Under the pieces are notes generated by a model. It was not told where the DNA came from and did no database searches. It saw only the letters and a list, made by a program, of their open reading frames with translations. From the IMG/VR virus record IMGVR_UViG_3300044844_000428: DNA of 64,000 nucleotides, one strand, 5' to 3'. How positions within the stretch are numbered: position 1 is the first letter of the stretch; every line of letters begins with the position of its first letter. The translations under genes and the position numbers were made by a program. Shown here piece by piece: positions 8,720 through 18,073 of the stretch. Origin of the DNA: a virus.

Positions 8720-11206
8720 TTAGAAGAATGCATCTAAAGTCGATTGCTCTTTTAAATTCCAACCAATAGCATCGACAATCTTTTCTAATGGATTCAAGAA
8801 CACTTTTTCAAACTGAGTGTTGTAGTCAATATACTTATGTAATCCGAATTCCATTGGTAATTCAGTAGGGAATCCAATAACATCTTCTTTAATAGTATTT
8901 GGGAGTTTCAAATAAACATATTTTAATTTGTCTCCTGCGCCTATTAAAGGATACTTCTGATCAAGTTTCATATCTTTAACAACTTTATTGTATAATAAAC
9001 CTCCTCTGACATAAATCGGACAGCCTTTAGAATAAATAGTTTTGTCATTAGAAAATTTTATCATTCCGTTAACTGTACTTGGAATAGCAATATCTTCTAC
9101 TGCTAATGTTTTAAATTCCTGTCTAGTGTCTTCAATGAATCTTATGAGGTCCAAATTAGTGTCATTAAAAATAATATCAATAGTTGACTTCAATTTTTCT
9201 CTTATGGCAGTTGGAGTCGATGACTTTACAATCTCAATGCCCATAATTTTCATTTTTGGTTTATCATACTGAACACCTTCAGAGTTATGAACTCTTAATG
9301 CATATCTTTTCTTAGCCGTCCACAAACCTTTATCAGCAAGTACTTCTCGTTTCATTTGCATCTTTTGTTCATAGGCATTCATGTACTCTGCTAACTCGAT
9401 ATATGATTTTTCTATTAACGGAGTTAAGACTTTGCCACAGAATGAATCCATGAATTTGATTTTATCTTCTGTCGATTTTTCACCTTGAGTTGTTTCGACC
9501 AAAGTTTCCAATGATACGTACACAGAATCGGTATCCGAAGCAATAATATAATCAGTGTTATTTGTTTTCAAAGCTGAATTCAAATATTTGTTAATTCTGT
9601 TTGCTATCCATTTTATCGAGAACTGTCCAGATGATGTTATGGATTCTGCCATTCTCAAATCATAATATCGGAAGTATGGCATTCCAATAGCTCCGTATGC
9701 ACTGTTTAGTGTTTCCTTTAGAGCTAGTTGCAAGTTATTAAGTCTTGAAATTTCTTTTGATAGTTCCTTATTGTTCTTATCACTCTCGTATTGCTGTTCA
9801 TGCTTTAACATTTGTTTCTTATGCATAGAACGATTTGCATACATAGTGTCCATCAACTCTGGTAGGAATCCGCGCTTATCTTTAGAATAGCACCAACCAT
9901 TAGCAGTAATTGCATAATCAACTTTTGGAAGTTCAATTTTGTCTAATAAATTATCAATAGTGAATGACAATTTCGTAGTTGTTAATGTTTCTGGGCTGAT
10001 ATTGTATTGCATTATTAGATGAGGATATAATGATGCCAAATCGAATGACGCGATCCATTTATGAATGCCAGTAATAGGGGTCTTTACATAGGCACCCATT
10101 AATTCTCCTTTAACATTTCGGTCCATGTTAGGAATAATAATGTTCTTATTAATAAGATAGTGATAGATTGTAGAGTCCCATAGTCTAACCGGACTAAATG
10201 CTTCTTGATAATTAATCTTGGCAGTATATGCCATTGTGAGTTGTAACTCGATAAACTTTAATTGCTCATCCAATTTATCAATAAGCAATACGTCATGATA
10301 ATTGTAATCAGTATATGTAGTCCAGTCATTAGAGTAAAATTCCTTGAAAGTATTCCATTGGCTATGATCCAGTTTTCTTTCACCAAGTTCTACAAATGCT
10401 ATATGGTCTAGTCTGTATGACTCCTGGTTCTTTTTAGAATATTTCTTATAGAGTTCAATATAGTCTAAAGATGACACTCCAAGTATTTCATAAGTCTGTT
10501 GTTCTACGTTATTAACCTTTTTAGAACGTTCATTGACTATATTCCATGGAGAAAGTTTTTTAACATAATCTTCTCCTATAGTTCTTAGTAGTCTATTAAT
10601 AATGTACGGAATATCAAAGTTGTCAATATTCCAACCCGTAATAATGTCAGGGATTCTTTGTTGCCAATGAGTCACAAATTGCTGAAGTAATTGATTTTCG
10701 TCTTTACAAAGAACAAAATCTGCTTTATGTTTTCCTTCATAAGGTCTAGATCCAAATATTTTTGTAGATTTAGTTTTAAGATCTCTGACAGTAATTAGTA
10801 GAATTTCTTCATTAGCATATTTTGGATGAGGAAAACCAGATTCTTCATTTGCAGTTTCTATATCGATAGCAATGATTTTTAATAAGTCAGAATCAAACTT
10901 TATATCGGTTTTGTAATTTTCTTCAATATATTGATATGCATAGTTTGTTTGTCCATACACAGGCATCGCATTTTCATAAGTTTTTATGAAATCTTTACAA
11001 TCATTTATGGTACCTGGTTTTATTTCGTATAATTCTACTCCATGTAAAGACTTGAATGAAGAAGATTCTGAAGATTTTCCTGATGTGGTATATAAGGTAG
11101 GGTAAAAATCGATTTTCTGCTTTTGTGGCAATCCATCTCTAATAGATCTGACAAGTATTTTATTACCATATTGGATTGTATTTGTATAAAATTCGTTAAT
11201 CATCAT
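8720..11206 (-). CDS. 43: Family B DNA polymerase gp43
   Basis: DIET exo I, GWNIDNFDIPY, SFDLASLYPH, KxxLNSAYG, SDTDS, KKRY. Confidence 0.98.
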   Translation of the reverse strand: MMINEFYTNTIQYGNKILVRSIRDGLPQKQKIDFYPTLYTTSGKSSESSSFKSLHGVELYEIKPGTINDCKDFIKTYENAMPVYGQTNYAYQYIEENYKTDIKFDSDLLKIIAIDIETANEESGFPHPKYANEEILLITVRDLKTKSTKIFGSRPYEGKHKADFVLCKDENQLLQQFVTHWQQRIPDIITGWNIDNFDIPYIINRLLRTIGEDYVKKLSPWNIVNERSKKVNNVEQQTYEILGVSSLDYIELYKKYSKKNQESYRLDHIAFVELGERKLDHSQWNTFKEFYSNDWTTYTDYNYHDVLLIDKLDEQLKFIELQLTMAYTAKINYQEAFSPVRLWDSTIYHYLINKNIIIPNMDRNVKGELMGAYVKTPITGIHKWIASFDLASLYPHLIMQYNISPETLTTTKLSFTIDNLLDKIELPKVDYAITANGWCYSKDKRGFLPELMDTMYANRSMHKKQMLKHEQQYESDKNNKELSKEISRLNNLQLALKETLNSAYGAIGMPYFRYYDLRMAESITSSGQFSIKWIANRINKYLNSALKTNNTDYIIASDTDSVYVSLETLVETTQGEKSTEDKIKFMDSFCGKVLTPLIEKSYIELAEYMNAYEQKMQMKREVLADKGLWTAKKRYALRVHNSEGVQYDKPKMKIMGIEIVKSSTPTAIREKLKSTIDIIFNDTNLDLIRFIEDTRQEFKTLAVEDIAIPSTVNGMIKFSNDKTIYSKGCPIYVRGGLLYNKVVKDMKLDQKYPLIGAGDKLKYVYLKLPNTIKEDVIGFPTELPMEFGLHKYIDYNTQFEKVFLNPLEKIVDAIGWNLKEQSTLDAFF

Positions 11207-11221
11207 TTTTCCTCATGATAT

Positions 11222-11260
11222 AAAAAGGGCTATTATATCATTAATAGCCCTCTGTGTACA
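11222..11260 (-). promoter_or_regulatory. gp43 promoter TGTACA-N17-TATAAT whose -10 lies inside the dexA terminator hairpin (AGGGCTATTA/TAATAGCCCT + T tract)
   Basis: Direct reading of sequence. Confidence 0.75.
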
Positions 11261-11262
11261 TA

Positions 11263-11823
11263 TTAGTTTGGGTGAAGCAGTTGCAATGCGTCGTAAGCAA
11301 TGTCGTGTATTGGATTATGTTTATCTACCCAGTCAATGTTAAAGTCTTCGCAATTGACTTTGCAGTATCCATTGACAGAAGATTCTGATAGTATATCAAT
11401 TCCAGTCCTAATGTCTCTGTAATGGTTATATCTTGCTAATGGTTCTAATTTTGCAGATCGGCATAAACTATCAATTACCATTTGATCAAGACTTCCTCTT
11501 ACCCAAATAATCTTAGTAGGATTAGTATCATTACTCAAGTATTCTCTTAATAAAGAAATTCCTTGTTCTACAGTAAGATCATCGGGCTTTGGTTTAAATG
11601 ATACTTCTCTTGCCGCATCAGATTGAGTATTCCACCATGACAGAGTGTCTTTAGATATAGTTCTTTTATATTTTTGAACTTGTTCTTTTGCATCAAATTT
11701 TACAAATACTGCCTTTTTCAATAAACTTGACCAAGTATCATTTTCGTCAAAGTATACCATTGATGCTGATAATACTACGGCAGTTGATTCAATATCAAGA
11801 GTTTCAATATCCAATACTAACAT
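11263..11823 (-). CDS. dexA: DEDDh 3'-5' exonuclease (DexA-like)
   Basis: LDIETL, WVRG..D, RDIRT, HNPIHDIAYD. Confidence 0.85.
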   Translation of the reverse strand: MLVLDIETLDIESTAVVLSASMVYFDENDTWSSLLKKAVFVKFDAKEQVQKYKRTISKDTLSWWNTQSDAAREVSFKPKPDDLTVEQGISLLREYLSNDTNPTKIIWVRGSLDQMVIDSLCRSAKLEPLARYNHYRDIRTGIDILSESSVNGYCKVNCEDFNIDWVDKHNPIHDIAYDALQLLHPN

Positions 11824-11837
11824 TCTATTTCTCCAAT

Positions 11838-12143
11838 CTAAACGATAATTTTTTGATTAGGAGGAGTGATGATTAGAGACTCTTCAAACTTTGATTTATA
11901 TTCATCAGCAAGACCTTGGGCAGGAATACAAATAGAAGCAATAGCATGTTTATTAAGAGTGATATTTGATTCTGCATAAGGTTGGAAAGCGGCAATCATA
12001 AGACCAATCTTGCCAGATTCTGTCATTTGAGTTGCAATTTGAGCGGGGTTTTCTAGTTCGTAAGTTGTATCAGTTTCTGAAGTAATGATAGAAATAACTT
12101 CATCACCTGATAATAGACGAAATGCGAGGATTGTTTGTGTCAT
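11838..12143 (-). CDS. Conserved T4-like hypothetical protein (Sm-like small beta-barrel)
   Basis: RLLSGDEVI...LENP motif; usual position next to hsp20. Confidence 0.7.
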   Translation of the reverse strand: MTQTILAFRLLSGDEVISIITSETDTTYELENPAQIATQMTESGKIGLMIAAFQPYAESNITLNKHAIASICIPAQGLADEYKSKFEESLIITPPNQKIIV

Positions 12144-12158
12144 AATATATCCATAAAG

Positions 12159-12186
12159 AAAAAAAAGGGGGATAACGAGTCCCCCT
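12159..12186 (-). terminator. Intrinsic terminator after hsp20
   Basis: GGGGGA/TCCCCC stem followed by T8 on - strand. Confidence 0.85.
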
Positions 12187-12193
12187 ATAAAAT

Positions 12194-12646
12194 TTAACCT
12201 AACAACAAATTATTGGAAGTATTGATTTCAAGTTTACGAGGACGGAGTTCCTCTGGGATGATATGGTCAAGAAAGATACGCAACATACCATCATTAAGTT
12301 TGATCTCAGATACTACCACATTTTCAGCAATTGTAAAAGTTCTAGTAAATGCTCTTGATGCCAATCCTTTATACAAGTAAACACTATCATCTGGTTCCGC
12401 GGATTTACCAGTCACAGTCAGTGTTCTGTTATAAAGTTCCACATCAATATCATTACGGCTAAAACCAGCAACAGCAATCTCAATTATGTAAGAATTATCA
12501 CCAACCGTTTTAATATTATACGGAGGATAAGACTTCTGATTTTTAAGATTTTCAGTGGCTTTTCTAATTGCTTCTGAATGTGTATCAAATCCTACAAAGA
12601 ATTTTAAGAGTTCTTTATCGAATTGAACTAATTGATTTGCTAACAT
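12194..12646 (-). CDS. hsp20: Small heat shock protein (Hsp20/IbpA family)
   Basis: YPPYNI, IEIAVAGF, YLYKGLASRAFTRTF, L.DGML.I. Confidence 0.96.
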   Translation of the reverse strand: MLANQLVQFDKELLKFFVGFDTHSEAIRKATENLKNQKSYPPYNIKTVGDNSYIIEIAVAGFSRNDIDVELYNRTLTVTGKSAEPDDSVYLYKGLASRAFTRTFTIAENVVVSEIKLNDGMLRIFLDHIIPEELRPRKLEINTSNNLLLG

Positions 12647-12740
12647 AATGTTCTCCTTTTCAGCGAGATTTTAGTAATAATCACTCCGAAGACGTGATTT
12701 GTTTTTGATGGGTTTTAATGTTCCCCATCAGAACAAACAA
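12647..12740 (-). promoter_or_regulatory. ROSE-like RNA thermometer in hsp20 leader
   Basis: Three hairpins; last is UCUCGCU-GAAA-AGGAGA, the U(U/C)GCU motif pairing the SD. Confidence 0.75.
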
Positions 12741-12741
12741 C

Positions 12742-12930
12742 TTATTCTGTTGGCTCTTCTGCTGGCAACAGTTCTTTAATCTGTGCCTCACCTTGAGCAT
12801 AAATTTTGCCAATTAATGCATTAATTTCATCAAATGGATATTTGCCTAGAATTGCTAGTAATTTATTTACATCAGTGATTGTTAAGACGATGTTCAATTC
12901 TGTAGTATTTTCATCTAAAGGTTGTGTCAT
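12742..12930 (-). CDS. Small hypothetical protein
   Basis: ORF track; early promoter at 12960-12988. Confidence 0.7.
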   Translation of the reverse strand: MTQPLDENTTELNIVLTITDVNKLLAILGKYPFDEINALIGKIYAQGEAQIKELLPAEEPTE

Positions 12931-12959
12931 ATTATATTCCAGTTTGTTAATAAAAAATA

Positions 12960-12988
12960 ATTATATCATACAAATAACGAATTGTAAA
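12960..12988 (-). promoter_or_regulatory. Early-type promoter TTTACA-N17-TATAAT
   Basis: Direct reading. Confidence 0.75.
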
Positions 12989-12990
12989 CA

Positions 12991-13407
12991 TTATTTGGAT
13001 GGTTTTCTAACACCAATATTATATTTCGGAGTTAATGTCCATTCTGATTTTTCTTGGTATGTTAAAATTTTAATAGACGATAATGAAGCTCTCTTAATAA
13101 CTTTATTAGCATCAATAACTTTTAACAGATTCCAATCTTGTAATAATATAGCAATTGCATTTCTTCTTTCGATATCATCTTGAGAAATATTAGATTCCTT
13201 TCCGTCAAGAGCAAATAATTCTTTGAAATGAACTAAATAATATCTTCCTTGTTTGTGTAGTATGTGGCATGACTGATATAATATATTGTCCTTTTTTGAA
13301 GCAACCCCAATACGTGACAGAGTTTCTTTTATTTTTAAAAAACTGTCTGGCTCAGGTATGGCAATCTCTAACATATTATCGGTCAAGTTGTCATAGTTTT
13401 CAATCAT
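12991..13407 (-). CDS. regA: Translational repressor RegA
   Basis: FLKIKETLSRIG, LYQSCHILHKQGRYYLVHFKELF, PKYNIG. Confidence 0.97.
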   Translation of the reverse strand: MIENYDNLTDNMLEIAIPEPDSFLKIKETLSRIGVASKKDNILYQSCHILHKQGRYYLVHFKELFALDGKESNISQDDIERRNAIAILLQDWNLLKVIDANKVIKRASLSSIKILTYQEKSEWTLTPKYNIGVRKPSK

Positions 13408-13787
13408 TTTCGACCACCTGTATATTGTTTCTCTTTTATGAACTTGATCTGTTCACTGCTTAGCATATCCAAAACATCTTTACCTCTCTGTTTAGAATAT
13501 CCATAATATGAACAGACTGCATCTAAGTTATCAGATTTTGATTCCTTTTCAGCCCACTTCGAGAAACGCTTTTTCCTTGCAATGATATTTATATAATAGT
13601 CGAATTGTTGTTTGTTTGTCAATTGAGGATACCTATTCATTTCTGAAGCAAACATGATAGTATCAACAAAGTATGACAGACTTCTATTTACCAAAAATGA
13701 ATTGTAATCCTTTTCAGATTGTGGATCATTAAACAAGTATTCCTTAGTATAATTTATAGCATTAACAAATTCAAATGGCTTAGTCAT
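13404..13787 (-). CDS. 62: Clamp loader small subunit gp62
   Basis: FLVNRSLSY, RKKRFSKW; position. Confidence 0.93.
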   Translation of the reverse strand: MTKPFEFVNAINYTKEYLFNDPQSEKDYNSFLVNRSLSYFVDTIMFASEMNRYPQLTNKQQFDYYINIIARKKRFSKWAEKESKSDNLDAVCSYYGYSKQRGKDVLDMLSSEQIKFIKEKQYTGGRK

Positions 13788-13795
13788 AATATATC

Positions 13796-14746
13796 CTATT
13801 TAAACCTACAGGTTGCCATAATTTCAGTCAAACATGCCATTGTGTTAATTTCACGGTCAATGGCAAATGCATTACGATATCCCCATTCACCAAGAATTAG
13901 AACGACTTCAGGAATGCTAGGTTGTTCCAAATAGTCAATTGCTTTGTCATATAGTTTTCTATAAATTTCACTAGGTTCCGAGTCAGTATTACTGCTTACC
14001 CATTTACGAACCTCAGTGAAGTTCTTTTCTTTTAATAATTTAACAAGATTAGAAAAATTATCATCAGAAAGATTCACTAATAATCCAACGTCAATTTTAC
14101 CTGATACAGAATACCTTTGAAGTTCATTCAATATTCTTCTATAATCTGGAAAGTGTTTGATGACCAATTCAGATACAACCTTAGCATCAAATTCAACATT
14201 TTCTGATTTTAAGATTTGTGTTACTCTTTTAAAGAATAATGCAGCTATTAATTGTTTATCTTTATTAGAAATTTTAAACTCAATGCATGTGCATCTGCTG
14301 TGAAGTGGTTCAATAATTCTATCTTTGAAATTACAAGTGAATATGAATCTGCAATTAGCAGAGAATTCTTCCATAAATGAACGTAACGCCGGTTGGACAG
14401 AATTGGGATTCATATAATCAGCTTCATCAATAATGATTACCTTTTTAGAATCAGTAAGAGATACAGTTGAAGCAAAACTTCGAATAGTACCTCTTAATAC
14501 TTCAATTGATCTTCCTTCATCTGATCCATTAATGACAATATATTCAGCACCAATTTCATTACATAGAGCTTTTGCTATTGTTGTTTTACCAACGCCAGCA
14601 GTTCCTGATAAAAGAAAATTTGGAAGTTGTGATTTGCTTACAAATTCTTTAAATGTCGTTTTGAGAGATTCAGGAAGAATGCAGTCTTCTATATTTTGAG
14701 GACGGTATTTTTCTACCCATAAGAATTGATTGTCAATAGTGTTCAT
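13796..14746 (-). CDS. 44: Clamp loader AAA+ subunit gp44
   Basis: WVEKYRP, GVGKTT, IIDEAD, PLHSRC. Confidence 0.97.
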   Translation of the reverse strand: MNTIDNQFLWVEKYRPQNIEDCILPESLKTTFKEFVSKSQLPNFLLSGTAGVGKTTIAKALCNEIGAEYIVINGSDEGRSIEVLRGTIRSFASTVSLTDSKKVIIIDEADYMNPNSVQPALRSFMEEFSANCRFIFTCNFKDRIIEPLHSRCTCIEFKISNKDKQLIAALFFKRVTQILKSENVEFDAKVVSELVIKHFPDYRRILNELQRYSVSGKIDVGLLVNLSDDNFSNLVKLLKEKNFTEVRKWVSSNTDSEPSEIYRKLYDKAIDYLEQPSIPEVVLILGEWGYRNAFAIDREINTMACLTEIMATCRFK

Positions 14747-14761
14747 TATATAAAGTTCCTA

Positions 14762-15424
14762 TTAGATATTAAAAGTAGAATCTGCCTCGATACCGACATA
14801 ATAGACCAAATCAGATGTTGTTGAAGAGAATCTTGATACTCTTTTAGAAGAAATAGAAACTTGATATTCTCCTGGGATAAATTTTAGCATGTCAACTTTA
14901 ACATTAACTTTGAATTCTAAGTCTGTATTGCCAAGTTCCAATTCAAAAGAATTTGAAGTGTCATTTTTCTTATCAGCAACTACAATTTTGACTTGACCAT
15001 CTTGACCAACAAATGACACATCAGACGCTTTTAATACTGATGCAGTTTTACTGATAAGTGATAAATTTTCAGCAGTGAGTAATAACTGAATCTCTGCTTC
15101 TGGAAAATTGATGTCCTTTTTTGGAACTTCAAGAACTGATTCATCAGCAGCATAATATTTTATGGAATTATTTTCTTCAAAGATTTTAACATATTTTTCA
15201 TTAAATTCTAATTCAGGATTTTGAAATAATGATAATACACTAAGGAACTCTGATAGATCGTAAATGCCAAATTCAATAGGGAATGTGTCAGATACTGTTG
15301 CTGTTGATAATAGAGTGTTTTGGATTGTTCTGGTTTTTAGAATATTTCCAGGAGAAAATAAAATATTTTGATTAATACTACTATAATTTTTTAATACAGA
15401 TAACGTGTCTTTGCTAAGTTTCAT
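14762..15424 (-). CDS. 45: Sliding clamp gp45
   Basis: MKLSKDTL..LKNYSSIN, FGIYDL.EFL; position. Confidence 0.95.
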   Translation of the reverse strand: MKLSKDTLSVLKNYSSINQNILFSPGNILKTRTIQNTLLSTATVSDTFPIEFGIYDLSEFLSVLSLFQNPELEFNEKYVKIFEENNSIKYYAADESVLEVPKKDINFPEAEIQLLLTAENLSLISKTASVLKASDVSFVGQDGQVKIVVADKKNDTSNSFELELGNTDLEFKVNVKVDMLKFIPGEYQVSISSKRVSRFSSTTSDLVYYVGIEADSTFNI

Positions 15425-15481
15425 AATAACTCCATAATTAATAAAATGATATTATATCACAGTTTGCTTAAATTTTAAACA

Positions 15482-15886
15482 TTATTCCTTTGAATATTTT
15501 ACTACATGTTCATAAAGGAACATTAAATTGCAGATAGCATGAGCAATATGATGAAGTTGAGATTCGGAATCTAATTCCTCACCTTCACGATATTCCCATT
15601 GGTGTCTTTGCGCAGCATTAAAATATCTGCGTTTAGCATCTGGTACATGAATCCAGTTATCAGGTTCATATTTATGAGCACCATAAGTCATTACTCTGGC
15701 AGTTTCAGTAAGTGCTAATGGTGGAATAAGACCAAACTCTGGTTTACCACCATCAAATTTTCTTCCACCAGTAGTAGCTGTTTGCGATGCTTTTACATCA
15801 TTTAATTTTGAAACATATTTCTGATCATATTCAAATTGAGTCATTCTTGCTCCTCTGTCATAGTCATCTGAAAATGCTAAACTCAT
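15482..15886 (-). CDS. dATP/dGTP diphosphohydrolase-domain protein (DUF5664-like)
   Basis: GRKFDGGKP, YGAHKY..DNW, DSESQLHHIAHAICNLMFL; start moved to ATG at 15886 after GAGGAAG. Confidence 0.8.
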   Translation of the reverse strand: MSLAFSDDYDRGARMTQFEYDQKYVSKLNDVKASQTATTGGRKFDGGKPEFGLIPPLALTETARVMTYGAHKYEPDNWIHVPDAKRRYFNAAQRHQWEYREGEELDSESQLHHIAHAICNLMFLYEHVVKYSKE

Positions 15887-15887
15887 A

Positions 15888-16094
15888 TCATCTTCCTCGT
15901 TGAGGTAGAACCGTATAAGATTTTTCCGGGTCCACGTTGTTAACATTCTTAATTTTCATCCGTTTTGTCTTATATGGCGAAGTCCATTTTGTGCCATCAT
16001 ATGTTGGTGAATATTCAAAACAATTCCATTGTCCATCAGCATCCTTTGCTATATATCGAGCCCAATATGGGTAAATCTCAACGGAAGTTGTCAT
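15888..16094 (-). CDS. Hypothetical protein (PYWARYIAKDADG.W..FE..P motif)
   Basis: ORF track; ATG at 16094 preferred. Confidence 0.6.
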   Translation of the reverse strand: MTTSVEIYPYWARYIAKDADGQWNCFEYSPTYDGTKWTSPYKTKRMKIKNVNNVDPEKSYTVLPQRGR

Positions 16095-16150
16095 CGTAAA
16101 ATTCCATAATGATAATTGTAAAGATAATAATGGCAGCAATCATCGTAGTA

Positions 16151-16597
16151 TTAGTAATCATTTTTGTAGTCTCCTAATTCGTAATCTTCATAAATGTAAA
16201 GGCGATATGGAAATTGCACATTACCAGCATTGCAATAATTTCCACTATAGAATCGATCAACAACTCCAGTTACTAATTTGATGCCATATTCCTGTTCGAA
16301 TTTTATCTTATCTTCATATAGAACATCGGTAAAGTTACCTTCAATATAAATTGGCAGTTTTGCTTTATAATATGACCAAGCTCCAAGATATTCATTTGCA
16401 TGATAGAATTGAAATAAATTAGATTCTTTTACTAGTTCTTCATAATCATTATTGTTCTTAATGGTTAAGGTGTAACCACTTTTAGGTTCAAGTTCACGAT
16501 AAGTAGTATTGGACAAAATATTTTTATGTTCAGTAAAATAATTACCACTAAAATAATCCTGAACTTCAATAATTTCTGGAAAGTTTTCAATTCTCAT
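16151..16597 (-). CDS. Hypothetical early protein
   Basis: ORF track, coupled to upstream ORF. Confidence 0.65.
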   Translation of the reverse strand: MRIENFPEIIEVQDYFSGNYFTEHKNILSNTTYRELEPKSGYTLTIKNNNDYEELVKESNLFQFYHANEYLGAWSYYKAKLPIYIEGNFTDVLYEDKIKFEQEYGIKLVTGVVDRFYSGNYCNAGNVQFPYRLYIYEDYELGDYKNDY

Positions 16598-16974
16598 TAT
16601 TCAACTCCTAAATCAACAGTACGAATTTTTCTACAAATGTGGAGTTCTGTCATTGGTCCATAACTAATTCCCATTGTAGATCTTCCCCATATTTGGTCAT
16701 ATAGGTATTTAGTACTCGACCAATGAGCTCCTAATGAAAATTCTTCTTCTGGAAGAGTGTCAAAAATGAAATCCCATTCTTCAATAGTTGGTAAACGATA
16801 GTCATAATGACGTTCTTCATCTAATGTTCCTGTTAGTATCAATGGTCTATCAATGCAAGTTTTCCAAGTTTCAGAATATTCAGTTTCTTTACAAGCAAGA
16901 ATTATGTGCGATTGTTTGCCATTTGGGTATGAAAATTTTCCGACATATATTTCGTCTTTATAATATGTAGTCAT
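16597..16974 (-). CDS. Hypothetical early protein (RLPTIEEW...HWSST, Lcl/DUF1566-like motif)
   Basis: ATG at 16974 follows GAGGAA in the conserved leader cassette. Confidence 0.6.
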   Translation of the reverse strand: MTTYYKDEIYVGKFSYPNGKQSHIILACKETEYSETWKTCIDRPLILTGTLDEERHYDYRLPTIEEWDFIFDTLPEEEFSLGAHWSSTKYLYDQIWGRSTMGISYGPMTELHICRKIRTVDLGVE

Positions 16975-17040
16975 GATGTAGTTCCTCTTCAAGTTTATTT
17001 AGTATGAGTCTATTATATACATGTTCCGTGAATATGTACA
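16972..17040 (-). promoter_or_regulatory. Early promoter + leader + RBS cassette, copy A
   Basis: TGTACA-N17-TATAAT; 39/46 nt identical to 18981-19026. Confidence 0.85.
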
Positions 17041-17042
17041 CT

Positions 17043-17333
17043 TTATTTTTCAGTTTGTCCGGTTATTTTTAGCCATAGATTATGAACATAGATTGATGAA
17101 ACTAATCCTAAAGCACCTCCAATGATATAACATGCGGATTCTGCTAGTCCAGCATTTGGTGTTGCTTTGTATAAGAATAATTGTAAAGAACCTACCATTA
17201 ATGCGGTGCAGAATGACGGTAGTACTTCCTTATTTTTGACTAATTGTGATTGAACTCCTAATAACATTATTATGAAAAACGATGAGAAGAAGAGTGTAAC
17301 CATTGAAACTATTTGATCTGAAATGCACAACAT
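17043..17333 (-). CDS. Small three-helix membrane protein
   Basis: Three hydrophobic segments. Confidence 0.65.
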   Translation of the reverse strand: MLCISDQIVSMVTLFFSSFFIIMLLGVQSQLVKNKEVLPSFCTALMVGSLQLFLYKATPNAGLAESACYIIGGALGLVSSIYVHNLWLKITGQTEK

Positions 17334-17341
17334 ATATGTCC

Positions 17342-17737
17342 TTAAATCTTTTTTCCAATAGTTTTAGCATCTGTTTCATCAGTGATATACTGATAACTTC
17401 CCTTATTATATGCTATTCCTATTCTTTTGGAATTACGAATAATTTTTTCTGCAGTATCACCCGTAATTTTTCCTTGTGTTACTTTTTCTACCATTGAATT
17501 TTTACCTAGACTAGCTTTAGAATTTCCTATCAATGATGGTATATTATCTTTAGTTGCCCAACAAGGTCTTCCAACTATTATTGCTTTGTTAGATGCTTTA
17601 GGTTTAGGAGTTTTACCAAAAACCCAATTAGTATATTCGTCAAACGTCATTTTCAATTTTGGTTGGCCTCTGTATTGTTTATTAAAGTCCATCCAATCCT
17701 GTTTTAATTTGGCTTCTTTTGATAATTTCTTATTCAT
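17342..17737 (-). CDS. Conserved T4-like hypothetical protein (GIAYNKGSYQYIT motif)
   Basis: Start placed at 17737 because an early promoter -10 lies at 17768-17773. Confidence 0.65.
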   Translation of the reverse strand: MNKKLSKEAKLKQDWMDFNKQYRGQPKLKMTFDEYTNWVFGKTPKPKASNKAIIVGRPCWATKDNIPSLIGNSKASLGKNSMVEKVTQGKITGDTAEKIIRNSKRIGIAYNKGSYQYITDETDAKTIGKKI

Positions 17738-17796
17738 TATAATTCCCATTTGAGTTAGTATGGTATCATTATACACTAATTTTCCAGATTGTACAC

Positions 17797-17824
17797 AAAA
17801 AAAAGCTCAATATTTAATTGAGCT
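17797..17824 (-). terminator. Intrinsic terminator ending tRNA cluster
   Basis: AGCTCAAT/ATTGAGCT stem then T8. Confidence 0.75.
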
Positions 17825-17850
17825 ATAGTGTGTCACCTTAGGAGAGTGAT

Positions 17851-17924
17851 TGGAGCGGGATAAGGGAATCAAACCCTTACTAGGAGATTGGAAATCTGCT
17901 GTTCTATCATTAAACTAATCCCGC
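17851..17924 (-). tRNA. tRNA-Gly(UCC)
   Basis: Cloverleaf GCGGGAT...ATCCCGC-U-CCA, anticodon TCC. Confidence 0.9.
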
Positions 17925-17930
17925 AATATA

Positions 17931-17976
17931 AAGGGCGTATTCTGTTTTTAACGTGGGCCACGCCTAGCACCATTTC
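17931..17976 (-). ncRNA. Candidate small H-type pseudoknot RNA between tRNA-Thr and tRNA-Gly
   Basis: UGG-U-GCUA/UGGC-CCA stem with GGCG(U) loop complementary to downstream ACGCC. Confidence 0.35.
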
Positions 17977-17982
17977 TACATT

Positions 17983-18058
17983 TGGAGCCACTGAAAGGAA
18001 TCGAACCCTCAACCCCCTGATTACAAGTCAGGTGCTCTACCAATTGAGCTACAGTGGC
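17983..18058 (-). tRNA. tRNA-Thr(UGU)
   Basis: Canonical 76-nt cloverleaf with CCA. Confidence 0.96.
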
Positions 18059-18073
18059 ATTTAAAATTTATTA

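Noticed and set aside
16078-16161. 27-aa hydrophobic mini-ORF on - strand
   Set aside because: Plausible but too short to support without homologs
17925-17982. Theta/HDV-like ribozyme after tRNA-Thr
   Set aside because: Could not fit P1/P1.1/P3 or the L3 consensus by eye
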